Assembly (NCBI GenBank): GCA_036172245.1
Contig: JAYWIR010000047.1
Coordinates: 868,001-932,000 of the forward strand
From: Raillietiella orientalis
Lineage: Eukaryota
Length of the DNA stretch: 64,000 bases
Reading direction: 5' to 3'
Each line of letters opens with the position of its first letter. Positions within the stretch are counted from its first letter, which is position 1. The position numbers and the translations under genes were made by a program. Shown here piece by piece: positions 12,411-25,600 of this stretch. The notes under the pieces were generated by a model, which made no database searches, was not told the DNA's origin, and saw only the letters and a list, made by a program, of their open reading frames with translations.

Positions 12411-15400
12411 CCATGGAAGTTCTGATTTCTTGGGCTTTTTCTTCAATGAATATTCAAGAAAAAAAAATAATATTTTCCTCTTCCTGCCGTGGATGATAGC
12501 ATTTGGAGAGACGATGGTGCGTTGTCTGATGCACAGATTGCGACGGGACCTGATGGCTGACCCCTCCTTCTGGTATGAGTCTTTTTCCTGGGTGGAAGAT
12601 GGAACAGGGGTCTCCTCCTCGTCCTGCCTCCTTTCCTCTCAGGGTGTCCCGTTCCTTTCTCGGGAGTGTTTTCCTCCATCGCTCGCCCAAGGACGGCGCT
12701 CTCCCTCACCCGACTGCGGCTGCAGCAGTCCTCGGGCACTCTGCTCTGAGCGCAGGAACCCTCTTCCTAGTGGCGGTTGGCTTCACAGTCTCTCCCCACG
12801 TTCCGCGACCCCTTTCTTTCTCTTGTATTTCCCCTCCCTCGCCTCATGCGCCAGTGCTCCGTGGAGAATACCCGTAGAGGAAAAAAAACGGGAAGAGGGA
12901 GTCACCTCGCCCACCAGCAACCCAGGAGTATTACCCTGAAAGGGACACCTCTCAGGCGTCTTCACCCCCTCTGCTTGGCAGGCAGGATGCGCCCCTAACC
13001 CTCGGCGGTCGCTCGCCGTGGTCCTTTTCAACGAGAATTCGACGGTGCTTCGTCTCTCCGCGTGTTACGCTGCTGTCGCCGCCGCTTACGTAGTTCTCTA
13101 TTGCCGCTGCGTGTCTCCTGTTTCGCTTCCTCTCCTCAGGGTTGAATCAGGAGGAGGAGGGGATAGCAGGGAAAGAGGGAAGCTCCTTCGGATCTCTGCT
13201 GGCGGTGTCCGCCTGCTGCTCTGCTGACTGTGTGCATTTCTCCTTTTCGTTTCATGCCCACCAGCTGCCCAGTGACCCCTGCTTCTCGTGACCGATGTTC
13301 CACAATCCTTGGTTCGGAAACAGGAGGTGGGAAGACGTGTCTTTCACGTCCGAAGAGATCGCGAGGAAGTTGGAGACCATCAATCGCCACCTCAAGAGCG
13401 GATGGACGGCACACGCGAACTCTGACGGCAGGCTGCACTACTGCAAGTAAGTCGGTCGGTGTTGGTCTCGCGAGCGGCTACGGCCACAAAGGTGGGCGCA
13501 CCACTGCGCCTCGACCTCCTCCAAGAAGGAGGGGCGGAATCCCCCAAGTCTCCCTTGCCTTCGCCTCTAAATTGGTCGTCACCGCCACTCGGAAAAGGCG
13601 GAACTGGCTCTCTCGGGGATGCGAGCTTCGTCTTCTCTCAGAGGAGGGGAGTACGCTGGGGAAAAAGGCAGGGGGGAGGGGAGGAGGAGGCCCGGAATCG
13701 GGTGCGTGGACTCTGCCCAGCATTCAGGAGCACTGTCCTTGCCTGCGAAGCCTTTCTGGTCTCCCGGACAGGGAAGCGGCGCTGTGCTGCGCTAAGTTGT
13801 GCGCGCTCCCGGAACCACAATCTCCTCCTCACGTTGACGTACGTTCGCGACTCCCTCTCTCCCGAGAGAGGGGAAGGACGCGGCGGGGTCGGTTGCTCGC
13901 TCCTGCGGTCGGTCCTCCATGTATCCCTCGATTCTGCGGGCTCGTTTCCTGTTGGAGGGTGCACAGGAACCCGTCGTCATCTTCGCGCACAGGATACCAG
14001 TTTTCGCTGCCTGGCAGAGCTCCTCCCTGACGCGGCCAGCGGGTCGTGCATCCCTGAAGCAGCCACGCGGGTTGCCAAACGGCGAAACACCAACCGAGGA
14101 GACGTGGAGGCGTCCGCGCTCGCGCTGGGAGACAGCGAACTGGTCGGCGCTGCGGCGCGTCTTGCCTTGTTGGTTTTTAGACTCCTTGCACAAACGTCAT
14201 TTCTCAAGTCGACTCCAAACTGTCAGTGCACGGCACCTGGGTTGAACCGTTATGTCTCCGAAGGCGTACCCAGACCCAATTTCCGCAATTCGTTGCTCTG
14301 TCGTCTGCTTGTGCGAATTTTTACTTTTGAAAAAAAAAAAAATAAAACAGAAAACACACCCAAAAAGAAATCAGCAACTCGACTTTGGGCTCCCTCGTGC
14401 GGTCTCATTGCCGCGGATGGTGCACTGCTAGCCTGGCTTATCTGTGTTAGTTCTGTGGGTTTGCTGTTCTACGTTTACTCTTAGTTCAGGTGCATCCCGC
14501 ACAGGTTAAAGATCAAAGTACAGCCTTTAACCTGTTTGTCGTACTTTCTATCGAGCCCCGCAATCCCCGTTATCACGGTGTTGCATTGTAATAGCTTTAC
14601 TGTGCCTTTTCCACGAGAGGTCAGTGCACATTCTACAAGTGTATTTCCGTGCGGACGTGGACACATTCTGTGAGTGAATGTTCTACAACATGAAGGCAGT
14701 TTGTACAGTGTGCATCTCAAAAGGGTGTTTGCAATGACTAAGTGGTAATCGAGGTCTTCACGCTGCATAAAGCGGCACGTGCGATGCTCTTGGGATGCTG
14801 CGCCATGAGGTGAAGATGCCGGCGGGTGAAATAAAAAACACGCTTTGCCATTGCTCATCGCCGCAAGCACACATCGGTGGAAAGAAATGCGTGCTGCTGC
14901 TGGTCTGCATCTAAGGACCGGCTGCGCTCAGCCACCTGTGAACCCTTCCGTCCTTTCAGTATTCTTTGGTCACATCAGTTGGGTCGGATGCTCTTCAGGA
15001 ACGTCGCATGTGCCGCTACATCGGACGGCAGAAGCCCTTCGAGTTGGGAACGGAAGCTTTCGAAATTTTCGAAGATGGTTGTTTATGGACTAATTATGAT
15101 CGGAAACGCTTTCGTTTGATACCAGAAGGGAGAGGAGAGAGACGAGCATTCTGTGCTGATTTATGCAACGTTTGCGAAGCTGCTCTGACAGTCTTGCAGA
15201 CGTTGATGAAACAGGCATCGTTGCCACTCGTGTCAAGGCACTCTACCAATAAAGCATAATCAGATATTGCTACGAAAAGGAAAGGAAAGGAAAAAGAGGG
15301 GGGAAAGGGGGGAGGAGGAGGAGGAGGAGGGAAGGAAGCAGCATAGGCAGGCAGTTCTGATAGGTTACTTGGGTTCGTCGCTGCACCACGACCATGGATT

Positions 15401-17617
15401 CTAAATTTGGAGCTTCCAAAGGGAACACGCATTTGCCTGTCTTTTAGAGAACGGGAGTTCACAGAGTTAAGCCGATCTGCCGTTTCCTCACGCTGTATCT
15501 TGCTGCTGCAGAGTGTTTTCCAAAGGGCATGGACTGCTGAAAAGGTCAGCTGACCCCTAGCATGGCTTCTCTTTCACTGTCTCGTCTCCGTTCGCTCTTC
15601 CTGAAGATCCCTTCAGAGGCCACTTTCGAGTAAGCTTCCAGAGATCTCTATTGCAAAAAACAATATTTATAATAATTATAATAATAATAAAATGAAGCAA
15701 GAGTAGCGACATTTTCTTATTGTGAATGAGATTTTTTGTTCCTCATGCCAGTGTTCTCTGTGGGAAACGATTTTATTTTCGTGCTGCATGCCTTTGCTGG
15801 TTGGTTGTTTTCGTGGTTGGTTTTCGTGTGTTGTTTTCTGCTCATTGTGCATGTTATCATTGCCTGTATGTGTGCTGTGGATGAATGCAACTCGCATTTG
15901 CGAAAGTGAATCTGATCTTTATCTCGGACCATCCTCATGATCAAGACCGTGTTTTTGCACCTTCATCCACGTGGGTTTGCCAAGCGGCTCTGTGTGTAAG
16001 CGGGAGGGGGGGGGGGACGATGGCGATCGCATGCACCTAGTTCTCCTGAACGACCTTCCTGGCACTTCACGAACTCAGATGTGACATTTCAACAGCATCC
16101 TCTCCTTTCCTTTCCTTCTTCCTAACTTCCCCCCCTTCTCTAGCGCATAATGCGAAGCGATCTTTCAATTTCAATTTCTTAACAAACGCACCGCAGTTTT
16201 CAAAGATTTTTGCAATAGGCAGGAGCTTTTTTGCTGCAAGCATGAGCAAGACAAGGCTGTCTTGTATTTTCAGTGTCATAAAGTAACTGACCTATAGTCA
16301 TTGTCACTTTTAATGCATATATAAGGAAAATAAAAACCTGATGATGATTTGTAGGATATTCTGATGATTTGTTTGTTGGATGAGGTCCCGTTTGTTCTTC
16401 CTGTTTTGCCCCACATTTCACCTTGCAACGAGAATTTCAATTTCAGTTGATAACGCGTGCACTGCATACGGGGTGCTTACAGTGGATGGAACGATCTGTG
16501 ATTTTCCGATAGCCTAAGCATGCGGGCTATATATAGATATGTGGTAACAATGGTGTGAAGAGGAAGATGTCTGTGGCAGCATGTCGTAATTCTCAGGATA
16601 GCCAAATCGCATGGAATGCATAAACGGATATTGATTCAAATGCAATTCGTCAGTTTCTTGTGCTCTCTTGCTTCGTTCCCTTTGAGGGAAGCTGTAAAGG
16701 GATCGATATGGTATAGAAGACAGATTTCCAAAAGGAGAAACAGCAGGTCGTGTGCCCTCGTAATTGCTTGCTACAAGAGTTGGCTTGCTCTGAAGCAAAG
16801 CTGCAGAGGAAACTGATGATCAAATCAGAGCAAATGAGCATCATCAGTTACGTGCATCTTCTTCGAAGCTTTTGCTTATTCAAGAATTCGTTCGTATTTA
16901 TTGCGTGCTGTTGTTTTTCTTCTGCCTTTCTTTTGTTGTCTCTTTCCGAGCGCATCCTGCGACGCAAACGCACAAATTTCTATTCCAACCGCCCTTTTCC
17001 GTCAACCAGTTTTACCGAGTGGTCCCCACGATAACGTCACGTTAGACTCACTTGCTCTTTGGTCGGGGCTCGGTTCTTCCGGGCAGCCTGACTATCGTGG
17101 TGCGTGGTGCCATCCTCACCGTGCAGCTACTCCAGTGAGCAGAGCGCGGAGTTGTGTAGTTAGTTCACCGTTGGATTCTTTTTATCCCTCCTAACCCCCC
17201 CTCCCCCTCTCACCCTCCCTTCCCTCGTCCCCTCCGATTTCTCGGAAGGAACTCGATGAATTTCGTTGCGGTCGCTCATTAGCCGGAGGAGGGGAGAGGG
17301 GATAGGAAATTGGAACACTTCCAATGCATACATTTTCAGTGAAGGGAAACGCTTTTTGGAAGAGAACCAGTTCCTTCTTGACTTCCAAACTTTTGGTAGC
17401 GGCAGGTCTCCTGTCCCTTCCCTACCAAAAGAAACATTATCGTTCTCCGCTGCTAATCATCAGGAAAAGAGGACCGAGTAAACGAGCGGCATGTAAACGG
17501 GTGCATTCAGCATGACCCGGAGAAAGAAAGAAAGAAAAAGAAAAAAAAAACAGACTCGGTCTCGAGGAGCACCGACACAGTCCAAGAGGGATGCCCCACC
17601 GGCGATTCGAGCGCCAC

Positions 17618-17625
17618 TATATAAG
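17618..17625 (+). promoter_or_regulatory. TATA-box-like element (TATATAAG); possible internal promoter in the long FRMPD4-like intron
   Basis: An isolated TATATAAG in a mixed-GC context is followed about 310 nt later by a strong donor, AG|GTATGT (17936/17937). This is a motif match only. Confidence 0.25.
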
Positions 17626-19618
17626 CATCTCGTTTGGGTCACACTGCTGCCCTTTTGTGTTTGCGTGTACGTGCTGCCTTCATGCATACCCGGCTGCCCG
17701 ATCCGGTTCCTGTCTTCTTTAGCGACGTCACGTACATTTCGTGCACACTGAACGTGCCTGGAGGCAACAGGGGAACGTGTGCATGCGTGCTGAATGCGCA
17801 CACGTTGCACGCAGTGCACCTAGAGAAATAGAAATGCATCGGAGAGAAATACAAGTAATTTGCAGCCATCAATATCTAAAATGAGGTCAACATGAGTTCA
17901 TAGAATATGGGTGTCTCTCCCCAAGTGCCTGGTTAGGTATGTATTGTACGGTGTACAGTCTTTGCGCAGCAGTATAACCTGAGAACGTGTCTTGCAAGCG
18001 TTGCAGGTGCTGCTTAGTCTACAGCGGGTATGCGATGAGGTTTTGCTCGGGCGCGTCGTGGATACCCTCGGTTGCCCTGGAAAAGAGATTCGATGCTGCT
18101 TCCTGGTGGCGCCCAGGCGAGAACTCCAGCAGTCATCCGTGAGCGCGCAAGTGGTCAGATGCTGCTTCCCGGGTTTCGTCCGGGTGCTGGGGTGCTGGCA
18201 TCATCCCCGGTCGGGGAGGGAGGGGGTGAGAGGGACAAGCCATTCTTGCAGCGTCCTCGGCGATCCCCCGTTCGTGACTTGTCCTCTGCTCCTTCTCTGC
18301 TGTCCCGCTCCTCCGCCCTAGGGGCTTCCGTTTTGCCCCGGAGAGTAGGAACGCTCCTCGCGATGTTAATGTGGGAACGACCGAAAAGGGCTCCGTAGCA
18401 ACGTGACCGGTCGTCCCGGGATGCGTTCGTGGTCAGATGACGCCGTCGCACCTCCCGCAGCTCCTTTCTTGCTGCTGACATTTGGGGCGTGGAATTTCTG
18501 GGCATCCAGAGAGTGCCGGTGTAAAACGAAAAGCATATGCTCATACGGGACTCTTCCAGCTCTTCTTCCTTAAGCAGCAGATGCAGACAAGCCCTTCACG
18601 TGACTTTTTTCCGTCGTGGCTGCGCTCTACCGCTCTGGAGGGCGAGCGAGAAGCATGGGCAGTGGCTTCGTCGTCCTTCCCTACAGCGTGCGTCCTCCTC
18701 AATGGACTCGTGTCCATCGACCACCGTACTTCCCTCCCTTTGCCTCGAAGAATGTATTTTCTTCACCTTCTGCCCGTTGTCCCATACCCGGAGTCACTTC
18801 AGCGGGAGGAAGAAAAGCAGGTGGCGTGCACGTGGTGAATGGTGGGTTCACGAGAAGCTCATCTGGGCGTGGCGTGCCCTCGACTCTCTCTGCCCCTCTC
18901 CTGGAGACATCAGGTGCGACGTACTGCGACGGCGGCGATGCTCCTGCCGCAAGCGAGAAAAGTTCGTTTCTGCGAATTCCACACGGGAAGCGGACTTGCT
19001 CCCAAGGCTTCGGCCCTGCTTTCCTTCCTGGAGCAGACTCCCGGAAGAGAGTGGCTCGCTTCCTAGGAAGTCAGGGAAGGGGTGGGACGATCAGGTCGGC
19101 CCTGGTGATCATGCGGCAAAAGAGATGCGGGCCACTGGAAGCTGGTTAAGGAGCGAGCCGGAGGGCCGGATAGAGGCCAATCTTCTTCCCTGCGTGGGTT
19201 CTCTCTCGAGCTTCACCAAGGTGGGGAAGAAAAATTCTTGACTTTGGGCAATGCTCCCTTCCCACGGATTGCCCCTGCAGGCACCTGGTGCTCCTGGTTC
19301 TGATCCCACCCGTGCGCCTTTCCGTGGGGCCGACCGGTCGCTGGACGCTGTGGGCTGGCCCGCAGCGCCCTCTTCCGGGAAAGGCAAAGTCCGCAAAGGG
19401 GACGCGCGGCTAAGGGCAGAGGGATATCGTAGGGCTTCCAATCTACGGCGGGTCTTTGGGATAGTAGTTTTGAGGCACGTCGTCCGAGGGAGGAGGTCCC
19501 TGCGGACGACGAGATGGAGGGGGCAACAACACTTCTCTTGGTCGATCGTATCCCCTGCAAGAAGGGGGGGTGCGCCTTACCCTTCCTCCCCCATCTGACC
19601 CCATCTTTCTTCTCGCAG

Positions 19619-22600
19619 CCACATCACCCACGCCTCTTCCTGGATCCCCCCCGTGGAAAGCTGGAATGCTCGAGGAGCGGAGATGCCCTACGGCTGGGAG
19701 GCGGCCCTGGACAGCCAAGGAAAGCAGTACTTCATCAAGTGAGAGGGCGGGGCAGGCAGGAGGTGCGAGGCGGCTGCTGTCGCGTCTTCCCTCGGGCGCT
19801 CGCGGGCGGCCCGTTTTCCGGAGAGGCACTTTGTTGCCTCCTCTCCTCCCCCTTCGTTCCTTTCGAGTCCTCACCTGTTTTCCTGCATAGGCGCCGCGGG
19901 CGACGACGGGGGAGGGCAGGAGGTGTCGCTGTATTGACTCTGAATTCCCCCTTTTTTGTAGCCACCTTAACCGGACGACGACCTACGAGGATCCGAGGTG
20001 GGACGTGGTCGATGAGCCACCGGAGCCGCGGGAGGTGCACCTCGTGCGCCACCCGGACCACGGGTTCGGGTTTGTCGCCGGTAGCGAGAAGCCCGTCATT
20101 GTGAGGTGAGAGTGCCCGGAGGGGGAGGGGGAGGGAGGTCCCACCGGGACCAGCCGTCCGCGGCGCCAGATAGCCTCGGGTATTTGCCTTCCGGTGCCCC
20201 GAGGGGTTCCGCGGCACTGTGAGACTCGGAAGACTTGCGTCTCCCGGGAGGTGGCTGCCCCGAAAGCAGCAGCGGGGAGTCCTCTAGCACGCCACTGACC
20301 TACGGCCACGCCAAGAGGGCAGCGGAGGGAACAAAGGGCAAAAGGAGCGCGAGATGCTTTGCACCACCTGCGGAAGAGGGAGGCTGTAACATGGTAAATA
20401 AGATCAAGGAAGGTCCTCGAAAGCACCACGGGCACCGCTTACGGCTGCCGAGGTCTCTGGCAGCACCGATACGGGGATGTAGCTCGAGCTCAGAGGGGGC
20501 GGGGAGGAGAGAGGCGGCGCTCCCTCCTCTCACGTCTCCAGTTCTTCTCTACTCCCTCCCACACTTCCCCGAACCCTTAAACGCGCAGGGCTCATCCCTT
20601 CTCTCGAGTGCGCCGCTCGGTCGGTGGCTCTTGGGCCGAACCGCCACCATGTTGCAGCCTCCCTCTCCACCGCCTTGGAGTGTCTTTTTCATCTCCCTCC
20701 CACGCGTCTTCCCCTCGCACGCTGCTATGGAAAAGGCCTCTCCGGCGTGCGGCATGGGAAGCATCTTCCTCCTTTCGCCTCTTCTTCCCTTTCTCCTCCT
20801 CCTCCTCCTCCCTAACGGATAGAATAACGATCGGCCTGTCTTCGCCTCCAGGTGCGTCACCGACGACGGTCCCAGCGACGGGAAGCTGCTTCCTGGAGAC
20901 CAGATTCTGAAGATCAACGGCGAAGACGTGCGCAAGGCTCCTCGCAACCACGTGATTGACTTGGTGCGCTCCTGCGAGGATCAGCTGTGCGTGACCGTCT
21001 GCCAGCCCCCCCTGGACAACGTAATGACCTCTGTAGCTCGAACCTCTTCAACTCCTCCTCCCCAACTTTTTTTTTTTTTTCCTCTTCTTTTTTTCTGGTC
21101 TCCCTTCAAAGTCGGCGCGCAAGTCGGCCATCCTCAGCGCGGCCAAGAAGGCCAAACTGAAAGACCACCCGTCGAAGGTGCGCTTCGCCGAAGGCTTTGC
21201 CATCAAGGAAGACGCGTCGGCGTTCAACCTCGTGAGTTTTTTCGCCTTTTTTCTGCCTTGGGGATGAGGGCAGAGGTAGTGGTTCCCTTTCTCCCCTCAG
21301 GATGACGACGCTCAGTCAGCTGCGTCCTTGCAGCCCAACGTGCTGAAAGTCTTCCTGGAGAACGGGCAGACCAAGGCCTTCAAGTACGACAGCGGCACCC
21401 GCGTGCAGGAGGTCCTCGAGTCGCTCTTCGACAAGCTCGGCCTGCGCTGCGTCCGGCACTTCGCCCTGGCCGTCGAGCTGATAAGCCCCGCGGCACGGCG
21501 CAAGCGCATGACCCTGTTGGACGGCTCTGAACTTTTGGCCAGGGTAGGCCGGCTTCCCCGCCTCCTCCTCGAGGACTCTCCCTTCCCGCTCCTCTCCTCA
21601 GATCGCGTCCAGACCGGATTCCTGCCACCTGCGCTGCCTGCTCCGTGTCGCCTTCGTTCCCAAGGACGCCTACGACCTCCTGCAGGAAGACGCCGAGGCC
21701 TTCGAGTACCTGTACAGGCAGGTCAGCATCCTTTCTCCCCCCTCTTCTCTCATCGATCGAGCCCTCGACCACCGCGACTGCCCCCTGTCCTTCTGCAGTG
21801 CTGCAACGACGTGGTGCAGGAGCGGTTCTCCCCCGAGCTGCGCCAGGACACGGCCCTGCGCCTGGCCGCCCTGCAGATGCAGGAGCACAGCCTTTCGGGA
21901 GGCGCCAGCGGTAGGGCGTCCCTGAAGACCATCGAGTGAGTTTGGGACTCAGTCCGTTTCTTCCACTCGACGCTCCCTTCTTCCCCTTCCCCCTGGCCAG
22001 GCAGGAATACGGCCTGGAGAGGTTCGTCTCCCGCTCCTTGAGAGACGTCATGAAAGGAAAGGAGTTGAGGAAGGCTCTGTCCCATTTCCTCAAGCTGAAC
22101 CACGGCCTCTGCCTGCCGGGCCAGCGGCAGCTCACGGCCCTGCAGGTCAAGCTACATTACCTGAAGATCATTGGCGAGCTGCCGTCCTACGGTGCCAAGT
22201 GCTTCTGCGCCTGCTTCGAGGTAGATCTCCGCGGTTCTCCCCCTTCGCAGCGCGTCTCCTCCCCCCCTTCCCCCTAGGGGGAAGATGCGCGCGCGTGGGA
22301 AGATCTGAAGTGCCACCTCCTCTTCAGGGAGCTAAGGGGATAGACAGGGAGTGCTCTTCCCGTCGCTTCCTTTTGCTCCGAAATCTCCCCCAGTCGCTCC
22401 TGGGAAAGAGAATGTTCCTTCCCCACGCTGCATCGCTCCCAGGGATGCAGGAGGGGGCGCCATCTCAGGGATCGCGGCGACGTAGGGTCCCGAGAAGTGG
22501 CTCTCTTTTCCGGCCAGCGCTTTCGGCGCGGGAGATCTTGCAGTAGCAGCCTGCGGGCGTAGTTCGCCGCTAGGCGACCGAAAACCGAAGCTCCGCCTCC

Positions 22601-25600
22601 GAACCGCGACCGCTGGGGGTGCGCGCCGCGCGGAATGTTCTGCCTCCCTTTTGTTCCCCCAAGGGGGGGAGTCGCGAAGGGATCGCTCGCTCGAGGGTCG
22701 GGGGATGCAGACCGCCAGCCCGAAGCTCGCCGCGACCCACCCTCTGCGTGCCCCACGCGTGACCCCCGTTCGCCGAGCACGTCTTCGGCAGCGGCGGGTG
22801 CGCTTGAGGGCACCCTCGAAGAACATCGCTGGGGTGCACCCTGGGGCACGCTCCCGGGAGCCCGGAACCCGTCCTGATCCGCGCGGAGCACGCTTCCGGC
22901 ACACTTCTGCACCGTCCAGAAGGCGGGGACGCTCATCTCCCGTCCCGGAAGCATTCGTAGCCTCCTAGCTCCTCGGGACTTCAGCGCCCTGACACCACCG
23001 TGTTCTTCGAGGGCGTCGCGAGTGGCGACCAATGAACCGCCTTCCAGGTTTGCCACATCGAATCGCCTCCAGCTGCTGCTCCGACCCGGAAATTCTGCCC
23101 TTCCCCCCTTCCTCCAGCAGCGAATGAGTTGCTCTCTCTTTCAGGATTCTTCAGTGGAGGAGGTGGTGGTGGTCAGCCCACGGTTCGGCTTGAGCCACAT
23201 AAGCAGCCTGAGGAACAGCATGGTAAGACTAGGGAGACTCAGATGTCCTGCGAGCGCCCCAGCTCTTTCACCTTTCGCACCCGGGCCCCTCCTTTCCCCT
23301 CCTACTGAAAGGCCACTGTCTCTTCCCTCGTCCGCTTTTCTAGCCACCACTCCTTGCTCCTGACCACCTATTCTCCGGTACGTGGCTGCCGGCCCCCATG
23401 GTAGCGGAGGCTCTTCGCTGTCCAGTTCCTTTCGTAGGGCTTCTCCCTAGACGGTGGATCCCATAAGTCCCCCCGAAAATCCCTCCGAAAGAGGCGGGGA
23501 GGGTCATCCCGTTGGTCTTTCGGGCGACGGGTTCTCGGTGGACTCCCGGGGTAGCGACGGGAAGGGGAGTGGAGGGTGGAGACGGGAGTCGTACCATCGG
23601 TGACTTCCTGACACGCCGTGGTAATCTTCTGTCCGCAGCCAGTCCGACTGATGGACATCGAGTCGCTATCCTCCGTGGTCGTCTACCGGAAGGACGAGGT
23701 CAGTCTGACGGTGCAACTCCGCCAGAGGGACCCCGACAGGCAGGTGCGTCCTCCCTCCTCCAATGCCCCGCCTGGAGGCAGGGGTGAAGTCAGGCCCCAT
23801 TTCCCGCTGCCTTCTTCTCTCTGAAGGTCCTGGAGCTGAGCCTGGAGAACCGGCAGGCGGAAGAGTTCCTGCTGGTAGTTCAAGGGTACCACGGGTCCCT
23901 GGCGAAGCGCTGCCTGGTAGTGGAGCGCGAGAAAGACGCCTGGAACGAGGACGCCGGTAGGTGGTGCTGGGAGGAGTCTTCACGCCGTGTCCCTTTTTCC
24001 CCAGCCCCTCCTTACCACACGCAGCACTGTGTGGAGCCCGCCGGATGGAGCTACGCTAACGCCGAAGGCGGGAAACTGCGCACCGTGGACCTCGCCGTCT
24101 TCCCGCCGTACCTGCCGCGGGCCCAGCAGCAGCAGCAGCACCGCACCGCGGCTGCAGAGGAGCTCCAGGAGGTTAGTGCGCCTCCGGCTATCCATTCCGG
24201 AGCCTTCCTCCCTCCCTCCCCCTTCCCTCCCCAGGTGCTGCTTCTGCGGTTGGCGCAGCCGACAACGTCTCCTTCGCCACCACCGATGGCCCAGTCGGAG
24301 GAGGGTGTCCCCGTCGTCACCCAGAGGGACGCCGCTGCAGCGAGCGACCCTGAGAGAGGCGGCCCTGCCCCACGGTCGCAGCCCTCCTGCAATGGCACTG
24401 GCGACGACCCCAGCGAGAGCGACTCCTCGGACTACCCCAGCACGTCCAGCAGCGGCGTCCTCCCGCCCACATCCGGTGAGCGGGATGAGGTCGCTCCCTT
24501 AGTCGATGACCACTCCTTTCTCGAGCGGGCTGCGCCTGTCCCTCATCTCTCCCCCACTTCCCCCGGTAGGAGCAGCCACATCCTACCAACTCCCCCCTCC
24601 CCCTCCAGGTGTCTCAGAGGATTGTAGGAGTTCACTCTCCTCTCCCTTTTCTCTCATGTTTCTTCCCTTGGTCAAGGGTGGTTCATCCCGATTTCCGTTA
24701 ACCCTTCTTTCGTTTGAGGGTTTGCTCCTCTTTTCATTGGTAGGGGTCTCGCTGCCCACCCACCCTTTAGGCAGGGGTCCGCCCATCCAGCCCCCCTTCC
24801 CGCTTACCACGCCCCTTTCTGCTTTTCTTTCAGGTGAGAGACCTCAGCAGCCGTCCCAACCTCGCACAGGGGTTTCTTCCTCTACCGCTCATGGACCCGA
24901 TGACCGAGACGACCGTTCCAGCTTCGGGATGCTCAGTCTGGATCCGGACCCACCCTCTCTGACTCCGGGGCTCTCCCCTTCAGCGCGGAGCGATTCGGAC
25001 GACTTTCTGATCGACCTAACACTGTTGCCACCGCCGGCGGTCCCGGAGGTGCGTAGCTCCCCGCGGCCCCCGCCGCCCTACACGCCCGTCCCTCGCTCCC
25101 GACGCCCCTTTCTCCTGCCGTAGGAGTGCGCCCCGGAGCCACCCCACCTGTTCGCTGACGAGGCGCCGCCCCCGCCGCCGTGGGGCGATGACATCGACTC
25201 GTTCATCGCGCACGTCGCCGTGCCCCCGCCCCCGCCGGAGGCTGCGGGTAACCTCGAGGACTGCCAGCTACCCCCGCTGCCCCTCAAGATCGGGCACTCC
25301 AGGCCACCCCTTGCCATGACCAAGGAGGTTCCTTCTCCGCCCCCGCTGCGGAGGGAGGCCTCAGCGCCGGAGGGAGGCCGCCAGCGCCCTCCCCAGCAAC
25401 AACCTTCGTCCCCGGCGTCCTCCCGCCTGAGAAGGCCCGGAACGGGGGGCGCCTCCCCCTCCGCGGGAACAGGCAGCCCTCGGCCCTCCTTCCATAGGCT
25501 TCCCGTCCTGTCCCCGCGCCTCGGGAGTGGTGGTTCCCGTCTGCCCAGGCTGTCCAATGGGACGGTCGCCGCCAGCCCTTCCGTCCCACCCAAGAAGCCG

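Noticed and set aside
11116..12414. 432-aa minus-strand ORF taken as a single-exon gene
   Set aside because: It has no recognisable domain, contains an intron-like segment and runs across a G12 tract. It is kept only as part of a low-confidence finding.
21380..22150. 256-aa minus-strand ORF
   Set aside because: It is the antisense shadow of the GC3-rich FERM exons.
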